NCBI GenBank assembly: GCA_052034935.1
Contig: JBPOIB010000009.1
Coordinates: forward strand, 2,357 to 66,356
Source of the DNA: Candidatus Moraniibacteriota bacterium
Lineage (GTDB): Bacteria; Patescibacteriota; Minisyncoccia; Moranbacterales; UBA1568
Direction of reading: 5' to 3'
Length of the DNA stretch: 64,000 nucleotides
In this document: positions 36,429 to 47,039 of the stretch, piece after piece
Layout: the number at the start of each line of letters is the position of its first letter
How positions within the stretch are numbered: the stretch's first letter is position 1
Made by a program: the position numbers and the translations under genes
The notes under the pieces: model-generated
Database searches by the model: none
What the model saw: only the letters and a program-made list of their open reading frames with translations
Told to the model about the DNA's origin: nothing

Positions 36429-39068
36429 ATGTCACCGAAGAAAAAGCTCCTTGTCCTCCTCGATGGCAATGCAATTATTCATCGGTCATACCATGCTTTG
36501 CCACCAATGGCGACGAAGACGGGGGAATCGGTGCATGCTGTCTATGGTTTCGCGATGACCTTGTTTTCAGTGATTGAGAAATTCAAGCCGGACTATATCG
36601 CGGCGTCATTTGATCTGCCGGGCGGAACCTTTCGTGACGAACTCTATGCGGACTACAAGGCGACCCGGACCGCCGCTCCAGATGATTTGTATGCGCAGAT
36701 TCCGAAAGTGAAGGAACTCGTCCAAGCGATGAATATCCCGATTTATGAACTACCCGGATTTGAGGCTGATGATTGTGTCGGAACGCTTGCCCGGCAAGGA
36801 GAAGCATCCGGTGTCGATGTCGTGATCGTGACCGGGGACGCAGACACGCTTCAGCTGGTGACCGATCACGTGAAAGTGTATGCGCTCCGAAAGGGAATGA
36901 AGGATTTGGTACTGTATGGCATTCCGGAAGTAACTGAGAAGTACGGTTTCCCACCGGAGCGACTCGTTGACTACAAGGGACTCCGCGGTGATTCATCCGA
37001 CAATATTCCCGGGGTGAAGGGGATTGGCGAAAAAGGCGCGACGGACCTCATTCAGGAATTTGGTTCGCTGGAAGACATCTATGCGGCGCTCGAAAAAGTG
37101 AAACCAAAAGTGCGTGAGAAACTTGAAGCCGATCGCGAGATGGCGTTCCTTTCGAAGAAGCTCGGCACGATTGATACTACGGCACCCGTCATGCTCATGC
37201 TCGCCGATGCCGTGACACGTGATTTTGATCAGCTGAAGATTGAGCAGTTTCTCCGAGCACTTGATTTCTACAGTCTGATCAATCGTATCCCGGGAAGCGG
37301 TGAAAAGAAAAATGGTGTCGAAAAATCGCTTGAAAGGACAAAAAAACAGGCCAAAAAAACGAAACGGATCGAGACGGAGGCTGATACGAAGGAGTGTCTC
37401 GAACGCTTCAGCAGCGAGTCCGTAGCCGTTGTTGTGAACGAGAAAGAGGCATCGCTTTTCGGCAGTGCCGGCATTGAGTCAGTCGGTCTCGCGGGTGTGA
37501 GTGAGGCAGTGGAGATCATTTGGAACGGTGTGACTGAGAAACAGCTCGCCGCATTTCTTTCTGATGCGAACCGAAAAAAAATCGCGGTCGACAGTAAAGC
37601 GATCATGCATGCACTTCTTCCACTCGGGGTTTCGTTTGCTGGCGTCGTCGAAGATATTTTGCTCGCCGTCTATATCCTTCACGCTGGCCGCCGGTCGGAT
37701 ATCGAATCACTCATCATGGAACATGAGGGCACCGTCTGGACCGAGCTTTCTGCTCGTGAAAAGGCAATGGCCGTCCGGAAACTAGCACTCGCGCTCCGTG
37801 CCGATCTCGAGGCGCTTGCGAAAGAACAGGGGGGCGAGGAGACGGTCGTGACGCTCTTGGATCGGATCGAACTTCCACTCGTGTCTGTCTTGTTCAATAT
37901 GGAAAAGGCCGGCATCCTTCTCGATCCGAAGATTTTTCAGACACTTTCAAAAGAGATTGACGCTTCAGTGCAGTCGCTCGAAAAAGAAATTCATAAATTG
38001 GCTGGCAAAGAGTTTAATCTGAATTCACCAAAACAACTCGCTGATATACTATTTGTTGATCTCGCTATTCCGACGGCGGGGATTAAGAAAAACAAAACTG
38101 GCTATTCGACCGCCTCGCCAGAGCTCGAGAAACTGCGCGCTGATTTCCCAATCGTGAAATTCATCGAAGATTATCGGGAGCTCTTCAAATTGAAGACGAC
38201 GTATATCGATGTGCTGCCTGGTCTCGTGAAGCCCGATGGACGACTCCATACGACCTTCCGCCAAGACATCGCTTCTACCGGTCGGTTGTCTTCGGCTGAC
38301 CCGAACTTGCAGAACATTCCGATCCGGACCGAGTGGGGTGCGCGGATCCGTGATGGCTTCGTGGCGGCTCCTGGAAAAAAGCTTGTCGGTGCTGACTACT
38401 CACAGATCGAGCTTCGCATCGCCGCCCATCTCTCAGGCGATGAAAATATGACGATGGCCTTCATCGAGGGCGAGGACATCCATCGGGCGACGGCTGCACT
38501 CGTCCATGGGCTGAAGCCCGAAGAAGTGAGCGATAGTCTCCGGCGCGAGGCGAAGGCGCTCAATTTCGGTATCATCTACGGGATGGGGGCGTTCGGGCTT
38601 GCGCAGGCGACCGATATGGACCAGAAAAAAGCGGCTCAGTTTATCAAGGACTATCTGGCGAAGTTTTCGGGCGTGGCCAAGTATATGGACGAGATGCGGA
38701 AGCAGGCTCACGAAAAAGGCTATGTCGAGACAGCACTCGGCCGAAGGCGGACATTGCCGGAAATCCAATCGACCAACCAGGCCTTGGTGCGTGGAGCGGA
38801 GCGGATGGCCATCAATATGCCGATTCAGGGCTTGGCGGCAGACATCATGAAGCTCGCGATGCTCGCGGCCGAGGAACTGGTCAAAACAAAATACGCTGGT
38901 TCTGCAAAACTCCTTCTCCAAATCCATGACGAACTCATCGCTGAAGTGGATGAAAGCGTTGCTGAAGCCTTCGCGAAAGACCTGAAACAATCGATGGAGG
39001 GCGTCTATACGCTCTCCGTACCACTCGCAGTATCAGTTGAAATTGGTGATAATTGGGGAGAAATCTAA
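36429..39068 (+). CDS. polA: DNA polymerase I
   Basis: 5'-3' exonuclease N-terminus; polymerase motifs incl. QIELRIAAHLS, YG motif; 879 aa. Confidence 0.9.
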   Translation: MSPKKKLLVLLDGNAIIHRSYHALPPMATKTGESVHAVYGFAMTLFSVIEKFKPDYIAASFDLPGGTFRDELYADYKATRTAAPDDLYAQIPKVKELVQAMNIPIYELPGFEADDCVGTLARQGEASGVDVVIVTGDADTLQLVTDHVKVYALRKGMKDLVLYGIPEVTEKYGFPPERLVDYKGLRGDSSDNIPGVKGIGEKGATDLIQEFGSLEDIYAALEKVKPKVREKLEADREMAFLSKKLGTIDTTAPVMLMLADAVTRDFDQLKIEQFLRALDFYSLINRIPGSGEKKNGVEKSLERTKKQAKKTKRIETEADTKECLERFSSESVAVVVNEKEASLFGSAGIESVGLAGVSEAVEIIWNGVTEKQLAAFLSDANRKKIAVDSKAIMHALLPLGVSFAGVVEDILLAVYILHAGRRSDIESLIMEHEGTVWTELSAREKAMAVRKLALALRADLEALAKEQGGEETVVTLLDRIELPLVSVLFNMEKAGILLDPKIFQTLSKEIDASVQSLEKEIHKLAGKEFNLNSPKQLADILFVDLAIPTAGIKKNKTGYSTASPELEKLRADFPIVKFIEDYRELFKLKTTYIDVLPGLVKPDGRLHTTFRQDIASTGRLSSADPNLQNIPIRTEWGARIRDGFVAAPGKKLVGADYSQIELRIAAHLSGDENMTMAFIEGEDIHRATAALVHGLKPEEVSDSLRREAKALNFGIIYGMGAFGLAQATDMDQKKAAQFIKDYLAKFSGVAKYMDEMRKQAHEKGYVETALGRRRTLPEIQSTNQALVRGAERMAINMPIQGLAADIMKLAMLAAEELVKTKYAGSAKLLLQIHDELIAEVDESVAEAFAKDLKQSMEGVYTLSVPLAVSVEIGDNWGEI

Positions 39069-39094
39069 CTTAGCTGCCATCAGAATAAAACTAA

Positions 39095-39120
39095 AACCGG
39101 CCCTTCGGCCGGTTTTTTCT
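39095..39120 (+). terminator. intrinsic terminator after polA
   Basis: 8-bp stem AACCGGCC/GGCCGGTT with CUUC loop then TTTTTTCT. Confidence 0.8.
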
Positions 39121-39128
39121 ATTTCCCC

Positions 39129-39392
39129 TTAGTTCTGGCCTTTTTGAATCAGGCCATCAAGTCGGGCGCGGACCCGAGCGAGTGCTGTAAGAGTATCAGC
39201 ATCTCCCGGCTTCTGCTGGAGCCGACCTTCCATTCGATCAACGGCATCTTCGAGTTCGCTCATTTCAGCACCCTCGATTGCAGTATCTCGGACTACCTGC
39301 TCAAACGCAGAGTCTTCGCCTACCTTCTTCGGATCGAGATGGAAATCAGCAGTCGGCCTCTTCCACTCTTCTGTTGGCAGTTCTAGCGACAT
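39129..39392 (-). CDS. small acidic helical hypothetical protein (87 aa)
   Basis: protein-like composition; opposite-strand ORF looks non-coding. Confidence 0.35.
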   Translation of the reverse strand: MSLELPTEEWKRPTADFHLDPKKVGEDSAFEQVVRDTAIEGAEMSELEDAVDRMEGRLQQKPGDADTLTALARVRARLDGLIQKGQN

Positions 39393-39549
39393 ATTTTTTT
39401 GTTGCTACGGGTTAATTAAATAAAAAAGACCGGTCACCCGGTTCTTTTACCTTCACAGTATAGCAGAAAAAAAGGCCAGAGTCAATCATTTTTTGGCGCT
39501 CGCAGTGAATGAGAAAAGCGATTACAATGGCTGTACAAAACTTTCCTTT

Positions 39550-40398
39550 ATGCCCGAACTTCCCGAGGTCCAAACCGTGGTCAGTCAGCTGGCGAAGAAA
39601 ATCATTGGCAAGACCGTGGCTAGTTTTTGGTCGGATTGGGAGAAACAAGTGAAGCCGGGACTCCGGAAGCTTTCAAAAATGGCAATCGGCGGGACGGTGC
39701 TCGGGACACGGCGAATCGGGAAGCACATTATCATTGATCTCGATAATGAAGTCTCGCTCGTTGTCCATTTGAAAATGTCAGGGCATCTCCTCTATAAGGA
39801 GCCGGCCAACAAGGATGCGGCGGAGTGGTTGGATCCGATGAACCGCTTCGTCCATCACCGGATTGATTTCACCGATGGGTCCTGGGTAGATTTCTCCGAT
39901 CTCCGGAAGTTCGGCTGGATCGATGGTGTCGCGACCGCTGAGGTCGAAACGATGAAATCAATTGCTTTCCTCGGCTGCGACGCACTGGCCGGCGAGTGTG
40001 ATTTCGATTTCTTTGATGCTCTGCTCAAGAAAAGCGTACGAAAAAAGATCGCGACGCTTCTTCTGGAACAGGACAAGATCGCCGGTATCGGCAATATCTA
40101 TCGGAGCGAAATGCTCTATCGAGCCGGCATCCGTCCGCTTCGGCTTGTGGGGAAAATCACCAAGGCCGAACGGGCGAAACTATTCCAATCGATGAAAGAT
40201 GTTCTGCGCGAGGCGGTGCGACTGCGCGGGACAACCGATGGAGATTTCCGTGATACGGCTGGCTTGCCGGGCGGCTTTCAAAAGACACTCTTCGTCTATG
40301 GCCGGGAAGGGCTTCCCTGCAAGCACTGTGATACAATAGTGGTGCGAAAAAAACTTGGTAGCCGGAGCATCTTTTACTGTCCGGCCTGTCAAAAATAA
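39550..40398 (+). CDS. mutM: formamidopyrimidine-DNA glycosylase
   Basis: N-terminal MPELPEV catalytic Pro; C-terminal CxxC-x16-CxxC zinc finger; start at ATG 39550. Confidence 0.85.
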   Translation: MPELPEVQTVVSQLAKKIIGKTVASFWSDWEKQVKPGLRKLSKMAIGGTVLGTRRIGKHIIIDLDNEVSLVVHLKMSGHLLYKEPANKDAAEWLDPMNRFVHHRIDFTDGSWVDFSDLRKFGWIDGVATAEVETMKSIAFLGCDALAGECDFDFFDALLKKSVRKKIATLLLEQDKIAGIGNIYRSEMLYRAGIRPLRLVGKITKAERAKLFQSMKDVLREAVRLRGTTDGDFRDTAGLPGGFQKTLFVYGREGLPCKHCDTIVVRKKLGSRSIFYCPACQK

Positions 40399-40413
40399 TT
40401 CTGAAACATCACT

Positions 40414-41523
40414 ATGCAAACGCGGCAGAAAGTCGTCATTGTCGTCATCTTGCTCCTTCTCGGGGGCGCTGGGTATGTGTATTTCTTCGGCGGAGACTCG
40501 AAGAAGTCCGAGAAGCAAATCGATATCAATAATACGCCGAAAGCCGGGACGGCCGCCGATGCGAAGCCGAGGAACCCGGAGAATATGAGCTCCATCGCTG
40601 GTCTCGGCTGCGCGGATTGGAAGCGCCGGCCGGTCGCGGTCATGCAGCCAGCCGATGCGACGGCTCGCCCGGCGGCCGGGTTCTCGGAAGCCGACATGGT
40701 CTTCGAGATGCCGGTTATCACTGCGACCATCAATCGTCTCATGGGTGTCTACCAGTGCAATCAGCCGAAAGAAGTCGGCGCGGTTCGCTCCTCTCGGCAT
40801 GACTTCCTCCCGATCGCCAAAAGCCTCGGCGCGATTTATGTCCATTGGGGTGGATCACACTTTGCACTCGATAAGATTAAGGAAGGAATTCTCGACAATA
40901 TCGATTGCACCGGTGCAGCGGGTAATGGTGCTGGAACGGAAGTCTGCTACCGAGCGGAACGGGTTGGCACGATGAAGCTTGAAGATTCGAGTCGGGTGAA
41001 TGTCCAGACTGCTTTCGAACGCGCGAAGGCATTGGGCTACGGTCTCGAGGATACGTTCGCTGGTTATCCGCATCAGGACGAAGCGCCGCTGGAAGCCCGT
41101 CCGACGGGCAGTCATATCCGTATCGGCTATCCGGGAACAGGGGAAGTGGAGTACTACTATGACAAGGAAACGAATACCTGGAAGCGACTCTGGGGAAATG
41201 CCGCCGATACCGATCGAAACAACGGTACCCGTATCGCTCCGAAGAATGTCGCCGTCGTCTACTCACGTTCCGAACAGATCGAGGGGCAGTACAATAATAT
41301 GCAGCTCGGTGATCCCTGGTATGACCAGACGGACTCTGGCGAGGCTTCGTACTACATGAATGGCAAAGAGACGAAGGGCTCGTGGAAAAAGGATAAGAGT
41401 AATCTCGGGAGCAAGTTCATGTTCCTCGATCAGGCGGGAAATGAAATCAAGTTCGTCCCGGGCCAAATCTGGGTAAATGTTGTGGAGCCAGGCACCGCGT
41501 TTGTCTGGGAGCCGGGTACATAA
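40414..41523 (+). CDS. membrane-anchored DUF3048 (YerB-like) domain protein
   Basis: N-terminal TM; RPVAVMQPADATARPAAGFSEADMVFEMPV resembles DUF3048 N-domain. Confidence 0.5.
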   Translation: MQTRQKVVIVVILLLLGGAGYVYFFGGDSKKSEKQIDINNTPKAGTAADAKPRNPENMSSIAGLGCADWKRRPVAVMQPADATARPAAGFSEADMVFEMPVITATINRLMGVYQCNQPKEVGAVRSSRHDFLPIAKSLGAIYVHWGGSHFALDKIKEGILDNIDCTGAAGNGAGTEVCYRAERVGTMKLEDSSRVNVQTAFERAKALGYGLEDTFAGYPHQDEAPLEARPTGSHIRIGYPGTGEVEYYYDKETNTWKRLWGNAADTDRNNGTRIAPKNVAVVYSRSEQIEGQYNNMQLGDPWYDQTDSGEASYYMNGKETKGSWKKDKSNLGSKFMFLDQAGNEIKFVPGQIWVNVVEPGTAFVWEPGT

Positions 41524-41538
41524 GAGAAACATTTCGCT

Positions 41539-42543
41539 ATGAAAAACCCGCTCTGGAAGCGGGTTTTTGCTATACTAGTGGATATGCTGATGTATCTTTT
41601 CGGGAGCGACCATTTTCGTCTGCGGCTTCGCGAACGCGCGCTTGTGGCGGAGTTTCAGGGTACGCACTCTGCTTCTGAGGAGCGGATTTTCGACGGCCGC
41701 GATACTGATGACCACATTCTTTCGAGTTTACAAGAGAGCTTCTCGGGCGGATTGTTTGCGAATCCGAGAGTTGTCCTCATTCGACATGTCGAGCTCTTCG
41801 ATGAGAAGCTGTGCGGCGCCATCATCGACCTGTTGGCGCGTGAAATCTCTGAAGAGGTTTGTGTTATCATGAGCGCCGAACCAGTGGGTCGAGCGAAGAA
41901 GGGGAATTCGCTCCAGCTTTGGGTCATCAAAAATGCTCAAGCAGAAGAAGTGAATGTACTGACGGGACGACAACTCTCTCAATTGATTACGAGCTTGCTC
42001 TGTGACATCGATCCGAAATCGACTATCGAGCTGCGAGCAATTGAACTACTCGCTTTTCGGACAGCCGGAGCGACGGGCCATATCTATCACGATCTCTTGA
42101 AACTCGTCCTCGCGACCGAGGGGCGAACTATCACCGAATCAGATGTCCGCAATCTTGTCGATGAACCGGCCGGAGAAAGCGTCTCCTTCGTGCTCCTCGA
42201 ACAGATTGTGCGAGGAAACCGGGAGCAGGCGGTTTCACTTCTCCGTCAGGAGGAATCGAACGAGGACGCAGTCTTCAAACTCCTGGGACTTTTCGCCTGG
42301 CAAGTGAGGCAGGCGCTCATGGTCCGGGATGAATATGACCGTGGCATGACTTCTCCCGAAAGTATTGCTGCTGCAATTGGTGCCAAGCCGTTTTCTGTGC
42401 GAAAGCTTTTGCCGCTCATCTCGAGACTGTCTCTCGCTCGTTTGAAGCGCTCGCTCGCGTACCTCGCCGACCTCGACCGTGAAATAAAGACCGGTCAGAC
42501 TCGCCCAGGCGTCGCCCTCGACCTTTTCATCTGGAAGTTCTAG
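41539..42543 (+). CDS. holA: DNA polymerase III delta subunit-like protein
   Basis: AAA+-like fold without Walker A, delta-like N-terminus (YLFGSD...); weak. Confidence 0.45.
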   Translation: MKNPLWKRVFAILVDMLMYLFGSDHFRLRLRERALVAEFQGTHSASEERIFDGRDTDDHILSSLQESFSGGLFANPRVVLIRHVELFDEKLCGAIIDLLAREISEEVCVIMSAEPVGRAKKGNSLQLWVIKNAQAEEVNVLTGRQLSQLITSLLCDIDPKSTIELRAIELLAFRTAGATGHIYHDLLKLVLATEGRTITESDVRNLVDEPAGESVSFVLLEQIVRGNREQAVSLLRQEESNEDAVFKLLGLFAWQVRQALMVRDEYDRGMTSPESIAAAIGAKPFSVRKLLPLISRLSLARLKRSLAYLADLDREIKTGQTRPGVALDLFIWKF

Positions 42544-42545
42544 TA

Positions 42546-42578
42546 ACAAAAAACTCCCCGCAAGGGGAGTTTTTATTT
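42546..42578. terminator. bidirectional intrinsic terminator between holA-like gene and rpsT
   Basis: ACTCCCC/GGGGAGT stem, GCAA loop, A-run and T-run on either side. Confidence 0.8.
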
Positions 42579-42592
42579 CACTTGGAAGCAAG

Positions 42593-42862
42593 TTACTTTG
42601 TTGTGAGTTTCTTCACAGCAGCATTGAGGCGAGACTTGCGGCGGGCGGCATTGTTCTTCTTGATGACGTTCTTCTCAGCGGCCTTGTCGAGCGCCTTCTG
42701 TGCTTTCAGGAACCACTCCTTCGCACCGGCGGCATCGGCCTTGGCGATAGCCTCGCGCGTCCCTTTGACTGTGCTCTTGATCACACCTTTGATGGAGCGA
42801 TTGCGGAGCGTGTTCTTGGCGGTGACGCGCATGTACTTCTTGGCGGACTCTTTGATCGGCAT
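42593..42862 (-). CDS. rpsT: 30S ribosomal protein S20
   Basis: MPIKESAKKYMRVTAKNTLRNRS... S20 signature, 89 aa. Confidence 0.9.
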   Translation of the reverse strand: MPIKESAKKYMRVTAKNTLRNRSIKGVIKSTVKGTREAIAKADAAGAKEWFLKAQKALDKAAEKNVIKKNNAARRKSRLNAAVKKLTTK

Positions 42863-43001
42863 ATTCTTTACTCAAAACTAAAATCGGATGAAAAAACACA
42901 CAAAAGCGACAGAACAGAGAAACCTGAGACGTCTCCATTTTTAGCACAACTTCGCCGTTTAGGCAAGCCATTTCCCTGCATGGTAAAATAGGGGCACTTC
43001 T

Positions 43002-43574
43002 ATGATTCGAGCTCTCAAAGGAACGGTTGGTTCCATCCATCCTCAATATGCCATCATCTTTGTTGGCGGCATTGGCTACCAGGTCTATGTCTCGGCGTAT
43101 ACCTCAGGCAAGCTCGCTGGCATGAGTGGTGTGGAACTTCATATCCATACCCATGTCAGGGAGGATCAATTTAATCTCTTCGGTTTCATCACCGAGGATG
43201 AGCTTTCGATGTTTGAGCTCCTCATCTCCGTCTCAGGTGTGGGGCCGAAGGCCGCGCTCGGCATCTTGGCCATCGCGGAACCGAAGACGATTCGAACCGC
43301 CATCGTGAACAAGGATCCGTCAATCCTCACTCGAGTCTCGGGTGTCGGGAAGAAAACGGCAGAAAAAGTCATTGTCGAACTGCAGAATAAGGTTTCAGCC
43401 GCTGACGTGACGGATCAAGCCGGTGCTTTGGCCGAACAGGAATCGATTGAGGCGCTGACCGCTCTCGGCTACACGGTTTCTGAAGCGCGCGATGCGCTCA
43501 AGAGTGTCCCGATCGATATCACGAGTGTCGGGGAGCGGCTCAAGCAGGCGCTCAAAAGCCTCGGCAAGAAATAA
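43002..43574 (+). CDS. ruvA: Holliday junction DNA helicase RuvA
   Basis: MIRALKGTV...GIGYQVYVS OB-fold N-terminus, HhH motifs, C-terminal domain III. Confidence 0.9.
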   Translation: MIRALKGTVGSIHPQYAIIFVGGIGYQVYVSAYTSGKLAGMSGVELHIHTHVREDQFNLFGFITEDELSMFELLISVSGVGPKAALGILAIAEPKTIRTAIVNKDPSILTRVSGVGKKTAEKVIVELQNKVSAADVTDQAGALAEQESIEALTALGYTVSEARDALKSVPIDITSVGERLKQALKSLGKK

Positions 43575-43578
43575 CCTT

Positions 43579-44586
43579 GTGGCCTCACCATCCTTCCTCA
43601 CCACTCATGCGCCAGACGGTGGCCTCCTCCAATCGGAGGAATGGGCGAAGCTTCAGACTGCTTCGGGTCGCGAGGCGATACCTTTTCAGGGGACTGGTTT
43701 CGAAGGAGTTGCCTTTCGACAGGTGTCGCACTTCTTTGGTCGCTACCTTTTTATTCCGCGAGGACCGGTTACTGACAGTGTGAATCTCGATGCTGAGGTC
43801 TTGAAGAAAGAGCTCATGCGTATCGCTCTGGAACGTCGGACACACTGGTTGCGGGTCGAGCCTCAAACGGAGGCCTGTCTTCAGTTGCTCCGGCAGGTCT
43901 TTGGTGAAGACAAAATCGTTCCAGCACCGCGCGATATCAATCCACGCGAGATATTTTTCGTCTCGCTCGAGGGCGAGGTATTGATGTGGTTCGAACGAAT
44001 GAAGCCAAAGACGCGGTACAATGTCCGACTGGCCGAGAAGCACGGTGTGGCCATTCGTTTCTCGCGAACGACGGAAGATATTGAGGTATTCATCGACCTC
44101 ATCTATGCCACTACGAATCGCAAAGCCATCGCGCCGCATCCGAAGAAATACTACCGAAGATTTTTTACGACAATGCCAGAAGAAATGTGTACGATTGCAC
44201 TGGCCGAACATGAAGGCCAGGTAATCGCCGCAAGTCTACTCGTTTTCTTTGGCGGCACAGCGTACTATCTCCATGGTGGATCGGCGGGGATGAAACGAGA
44301 ACTGATGGCGCCGTTTCTTCTCCACTTCAAAAGCATGGAAGAAGCAAAGTGCCGTGGCTGTTCGCGTTATGACTTTGGTGGTGTTCGAATTCTTTCCAAG
44401 AAGGGACCAGCCGATTCAGATTGGGACGGCATTACCCGTTTCAAACAAGGCTTCGATCCGAAAGCCGAGACACTCCTTTTTCCGGGCACTTATGATATTA
44501 TCCTGTCGCCATTCCGCTATGCGCTCTATCGACACTTGCGGCGAGCTACCGGTGTACGACGGATTATGAGGAGCTGGTTCAAATAG
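43579..44586 (+). CDS. FemAB-family peptidoglycan interpeptide-bridge aminoacyltransferase
   Basis: FemAB/GNAT-like fold; probable GTG start at 43579 just after ruvA stop (ORF-track start 43492 overlaps ruvA). Confidence 0.6.
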   Translation: MASPSFLTTHAPDGGLLQSEEWAKLQTASGREAIPFQGTGFEGVAFRQVSHFFGRYLFIPRGPVTDSVNLDAEVLKKELMRIALERRTHWLRVEPQTEACLQLLRQVFGEDKIVPAPRDINPREIFFVSLEGEVLMWFERMKPKTRYNVRLAEKHGVAIRFSRTTEDIEVFIDLIYATTNRKAIAPHPKKYYRRFFTTMPEEMCTIALAEHEGQVIAASLLVFFGGTAYYLHGGSAGMKRELMAPFLLHFKSMEEAKCRGCSRYDFGGVRILSKKGPADSDWDGITRFKQGFDPKAETLLFPGTYDIILSPFRYALYRHLRRATGVRRIMRSWFK

Positions 44587-44601
44587 TAGTTATCTATACC
44601 T

Positions 44602-45873
44602 ATGAAAGAGATAAGGCGCTTTGTCTCACAACTCTTGCCCCAGGTCGTAAAGAACTACGCCTATCACTGGCCGCTCGCGATCACCGCTAACCTCGCTTTC
44701 GGTTTTCCGTCGCGCGGCATGACCGTTATCGGTGTGACGGGGACAAACGGGAAGACCACCACCACCAAGCTCATCGCGGTGATTCTCACCGAGAGTGGGA
44801 AGAAAACTGCCTATGCCTCGACCATCGAATATGGTATCGGCGACAAACATTGGGTGAATGCGTCTAAATTCACTACTTCTTCCGCTTGGCAGCTTCAGAA
44901 ATTCCTGAGTGAGGCGAAGCAGGCGGGCTGTACCCATGTCGTCCTCGAGACCTCATCGCACGCCCTCGACCAGCTTCGAGTCTGGGGCATATCGTACACC
45001 GTCGCTGTCATGACGAATGTCACGCGTGAGCACCTTGATTATCATGTGACCATGGAGGCGTATCGGCGAGCCAAGCGAAAGCTTTTCGACGGTGTGAAGT
45101 ATGCGGTCGTGAATACTGACATGGAACATCCAGAAGAATATTTTATTCCCGAACCAGGTGAGACTATCACCTATAGCACGAAAAATCCGGACGCTAGTAT
45201 CACGGCCAGCGAGATTGAACTTGACCTTTCCGGGACGCGTTTTCTGGCACTGGGAACATCGTTCCGTCTCCGGCTCCCGGGACTCTTCAATGTCGAAAAC
45301 GCGCTTGCAGCCATTGCGACCGGCAGGACACTCGGTATCGATACCGAGACGATGAAACGAGCGCTCGGAAATATCACCGGCATACCAGGTCGGATGGAAA
45401 TGGTCGCCAACGACCGGCAGATCGATATCCTCATCGACTATGCGGTGACGCCAGACTCTTTCGAAAAGCTCTACCACGTAGTGACACCGATGCGGATTCC
45501 GGGAACGAAAATCATCCACGTATTTGGTGCGTGCGGTGAGCGCGACCGGGGGAAACGGCCAGTGATGGGAAAGATTGCTTCTGAAAACGCTGATGTCGTT
45601 ATCCTAACGAATGAGGATCCCTACCACGAGGACCCGGAGCGGATTATCGATGAAATCGCAGCGGGTGTGGATCGGAAGAACAGCGAGCGGTATTTTCGGA
45701 TTTTCGATCGGCGTGAAGCAATCGCCAAGGCGATTTCATTGGCGGAGGCCGGGGATATTATCCTCACTACCGGTAAGGGTGCCGAAGAAACGATGGCCTT
45801 GGGCGATAAACGGGTCCCGTGGAAGGAGCAGAAAGTGATTCAGGAAATTCTCCAAGAAAAAAGCAGTGAATAA
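44602..45873 (+). CDS. murE: Mur ligase (MurE-like UDP-MurNAc-tripeptide synthetase)
   Basis: GVTGTNGKTTTT P-loop, VLETSSHAL, TNVTREHLDYH; short (423 aa) C-terminus. Confidence 0.7.
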   Translation: MKEIRRFVSQLLPQVVKNYAYHWPLAITANLAFGFPSRGMTVIGVTGTNGKTTTTKLIAVILTESGKKTAYASTIEYGIGDKHWVNASKFTTSSAWQLQKFLSEAKQAGCTHVVLETSSHALDQLRVWGISYTVAVMTNVTREHLDYHVTMEAYRRAKRKLFDGVKYAVVNTDMEHPEEYFIPEPGETITYSTKNPDASITASEIELDLSGTRFLALGTSFRLRLPGLFNVENALAAIATGRTLGIDTETMKRALGNITGIPGRMEMVANDRQIDILIDYAVTPDSFEKLYHVVTPMRIPGTKIIHVFGACGERDRGKRPVMGKIASENADVVILTNEDPYHEDPERIIDEIAAGVDRKNSERYFRIFDRREAIAKAISLAEAGDIILTTGKGAEETMALGDKRVPWKEQKVIQEILQEKSSE

Positions 45874-45877
45874 GCTA

Positions 45878-45906
45878 AAGAGCGAGGCACGAGGGCCCCG
45901 CTCTTT
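45878..45906. terminator. hairpin between convergent murE and PAP2 genes
   Basis: 8-bp stem AAAGAGCG/CGCTCTTT with 14-nt loop; weak U-tract. Confidence 0.4.
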
Positions 45907-45921
45907 ATTATGTGGCGACTC

Positions 45922-46371
45922 CTAGCCGAATATCCGGATGAGTATAGTCGAGAGGAAGAAACCGATAAAGCCACCAACGATAACTTCACTCGTGCGGTGA
46001 CCAACACGCTCCTTGAGGCGGGGGAACTCGCTCGAAGAGAGCTTCAGGGTTTGGATAAGCGTATTCAGATAACGCCCCTGATCGCCGAGGTACATGCGAA
46101 GCCGGACCGCGTCGTCGATGATGAGAAAGGCAATGGCGACCGCGACCGCGAAAGCACCGGATCCGATACCCTCGTAGTAACCGATCGAGGTGAGGAGAGA
46201 GATTGCGAAGGCAGTGTGGGCGCTCGGCATGTGGCCGTGGGTGGCGATGTATTCGAGTTTCCAGCCGTGCTTCATGCTGTACATGACGAACTTCATGATT
46301 TGCGTGATGACACTCACGATAATCGGGATGAGGAAGACGGCGTGTTCTTGAAAAAATTGGTTGGGTATCAT
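45922..46371 (-). CDS. divergent PAP2-family membrane protein (YuiD-like)
   Basis: HGHMPSAHTAF and RLRMYLGDQG motifs characteristic of divergent PAP2 family. Confidence 0.65.
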   Translation of the reverse strand: MIPNQFFQEHAVFLIPIIVSVITQIMKFVMYSMKHGWKLEYIATHGHMPSAHTAFAISLLTSIGYYEGIGSGAFAVAVAIAFLIIDDAVRLRMYLGDQGRYLNTLIQTLKLSSSEFPRLKERVGHRTSEVIVGGFIGFFLSTILIRIFG

Positions 46372-46477
46372 GTCGCCAGTATATCACCAGGGTCGGTAAT
46401 CGGACGAGTGCAGGCGGCTTTTCGGTGCTCAGGATTCTGTTATAATCAAGCTACAGAAATCCTCTAATTTTATCCCT

Positions 46478-47032
46478 ATGCTGAGTCTCCCGCTCATTCT
46501 CATCGGTGCTGCTGTAGTCGTGCTGCTTTACGGCGTTGCTCTCTATAATGGTTTTGTGAAGCTCGCGACCCGGGTCGAAGAAGCCTGGAGCGATATCGAT
46601 GTCCAGTTGAAGCGCCGCTACGATCTCATCCCGAACCTCATCAATACGGTGAAGGGTTATGCGGCTCATGAGAGCGGGCTCCTCCAGAAGGTGACTGAGG
46701 CCCGGAGTCAGGCGATGCAGGCCGGGTCGGTCGCAGATCACGGAGCAGCAGAAAATATGCTGACCGGTGCTCTGAAGAGCCTGTTTGCGGTCGCCGAGAA
46801 CTACCCAGACTTGAAAGCGAATACGAATTTCCTCGAGTTGCAGCGCGAACTGTCCGACACGGAGAATAAGATTCAGGCTTCGCGCCGATTCTATAACGGT
46901 ACGGTGATGGAACTCAATACGAAAGTCGATATGTTCCCGTCGAATATCGTCGCTAATATGTTCAAGTTTGCGAAACGCGAATTCTTCGAGATCGAAGAAG
47001 GAGAGAAAGAGCCGGTGAAAGTCGAGTTCTAA
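46478..47032 (+). CDS. lemA: LemA-family membrane protein
   Basis: N-terminal TM + LemA helical domain (YNGFVKLATRVEEAWSDIDVQLKRRYDLIPNL). Confidence 0.8.
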   Translation: MLSLPLILIGAAVVVLLYGVALYNGFVKLATRVEEAWSDIDVQLKRRYDLIPNLINTVKGYAAHESGLLQKVTEARSQAMQAGSVADHGAAENMLTGALKSLFAVAENYPDLKANTNFLELQRELSDTENKIQASRRFYNGTVMELNTKVDMFPSNIVANMFKFAKREFFEIEEGEKEPVKVEF

Positions 47033-47039
47033 CCGTCGT

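Noticed and set aside
39421-39450. Hairpin with U-run on minus strand immediately upstream of small gene 39129-39392
   Set aside because: It may be a terminator-insulator, but there is no obvious transcript to terminate. It is noted but not called as a feature.
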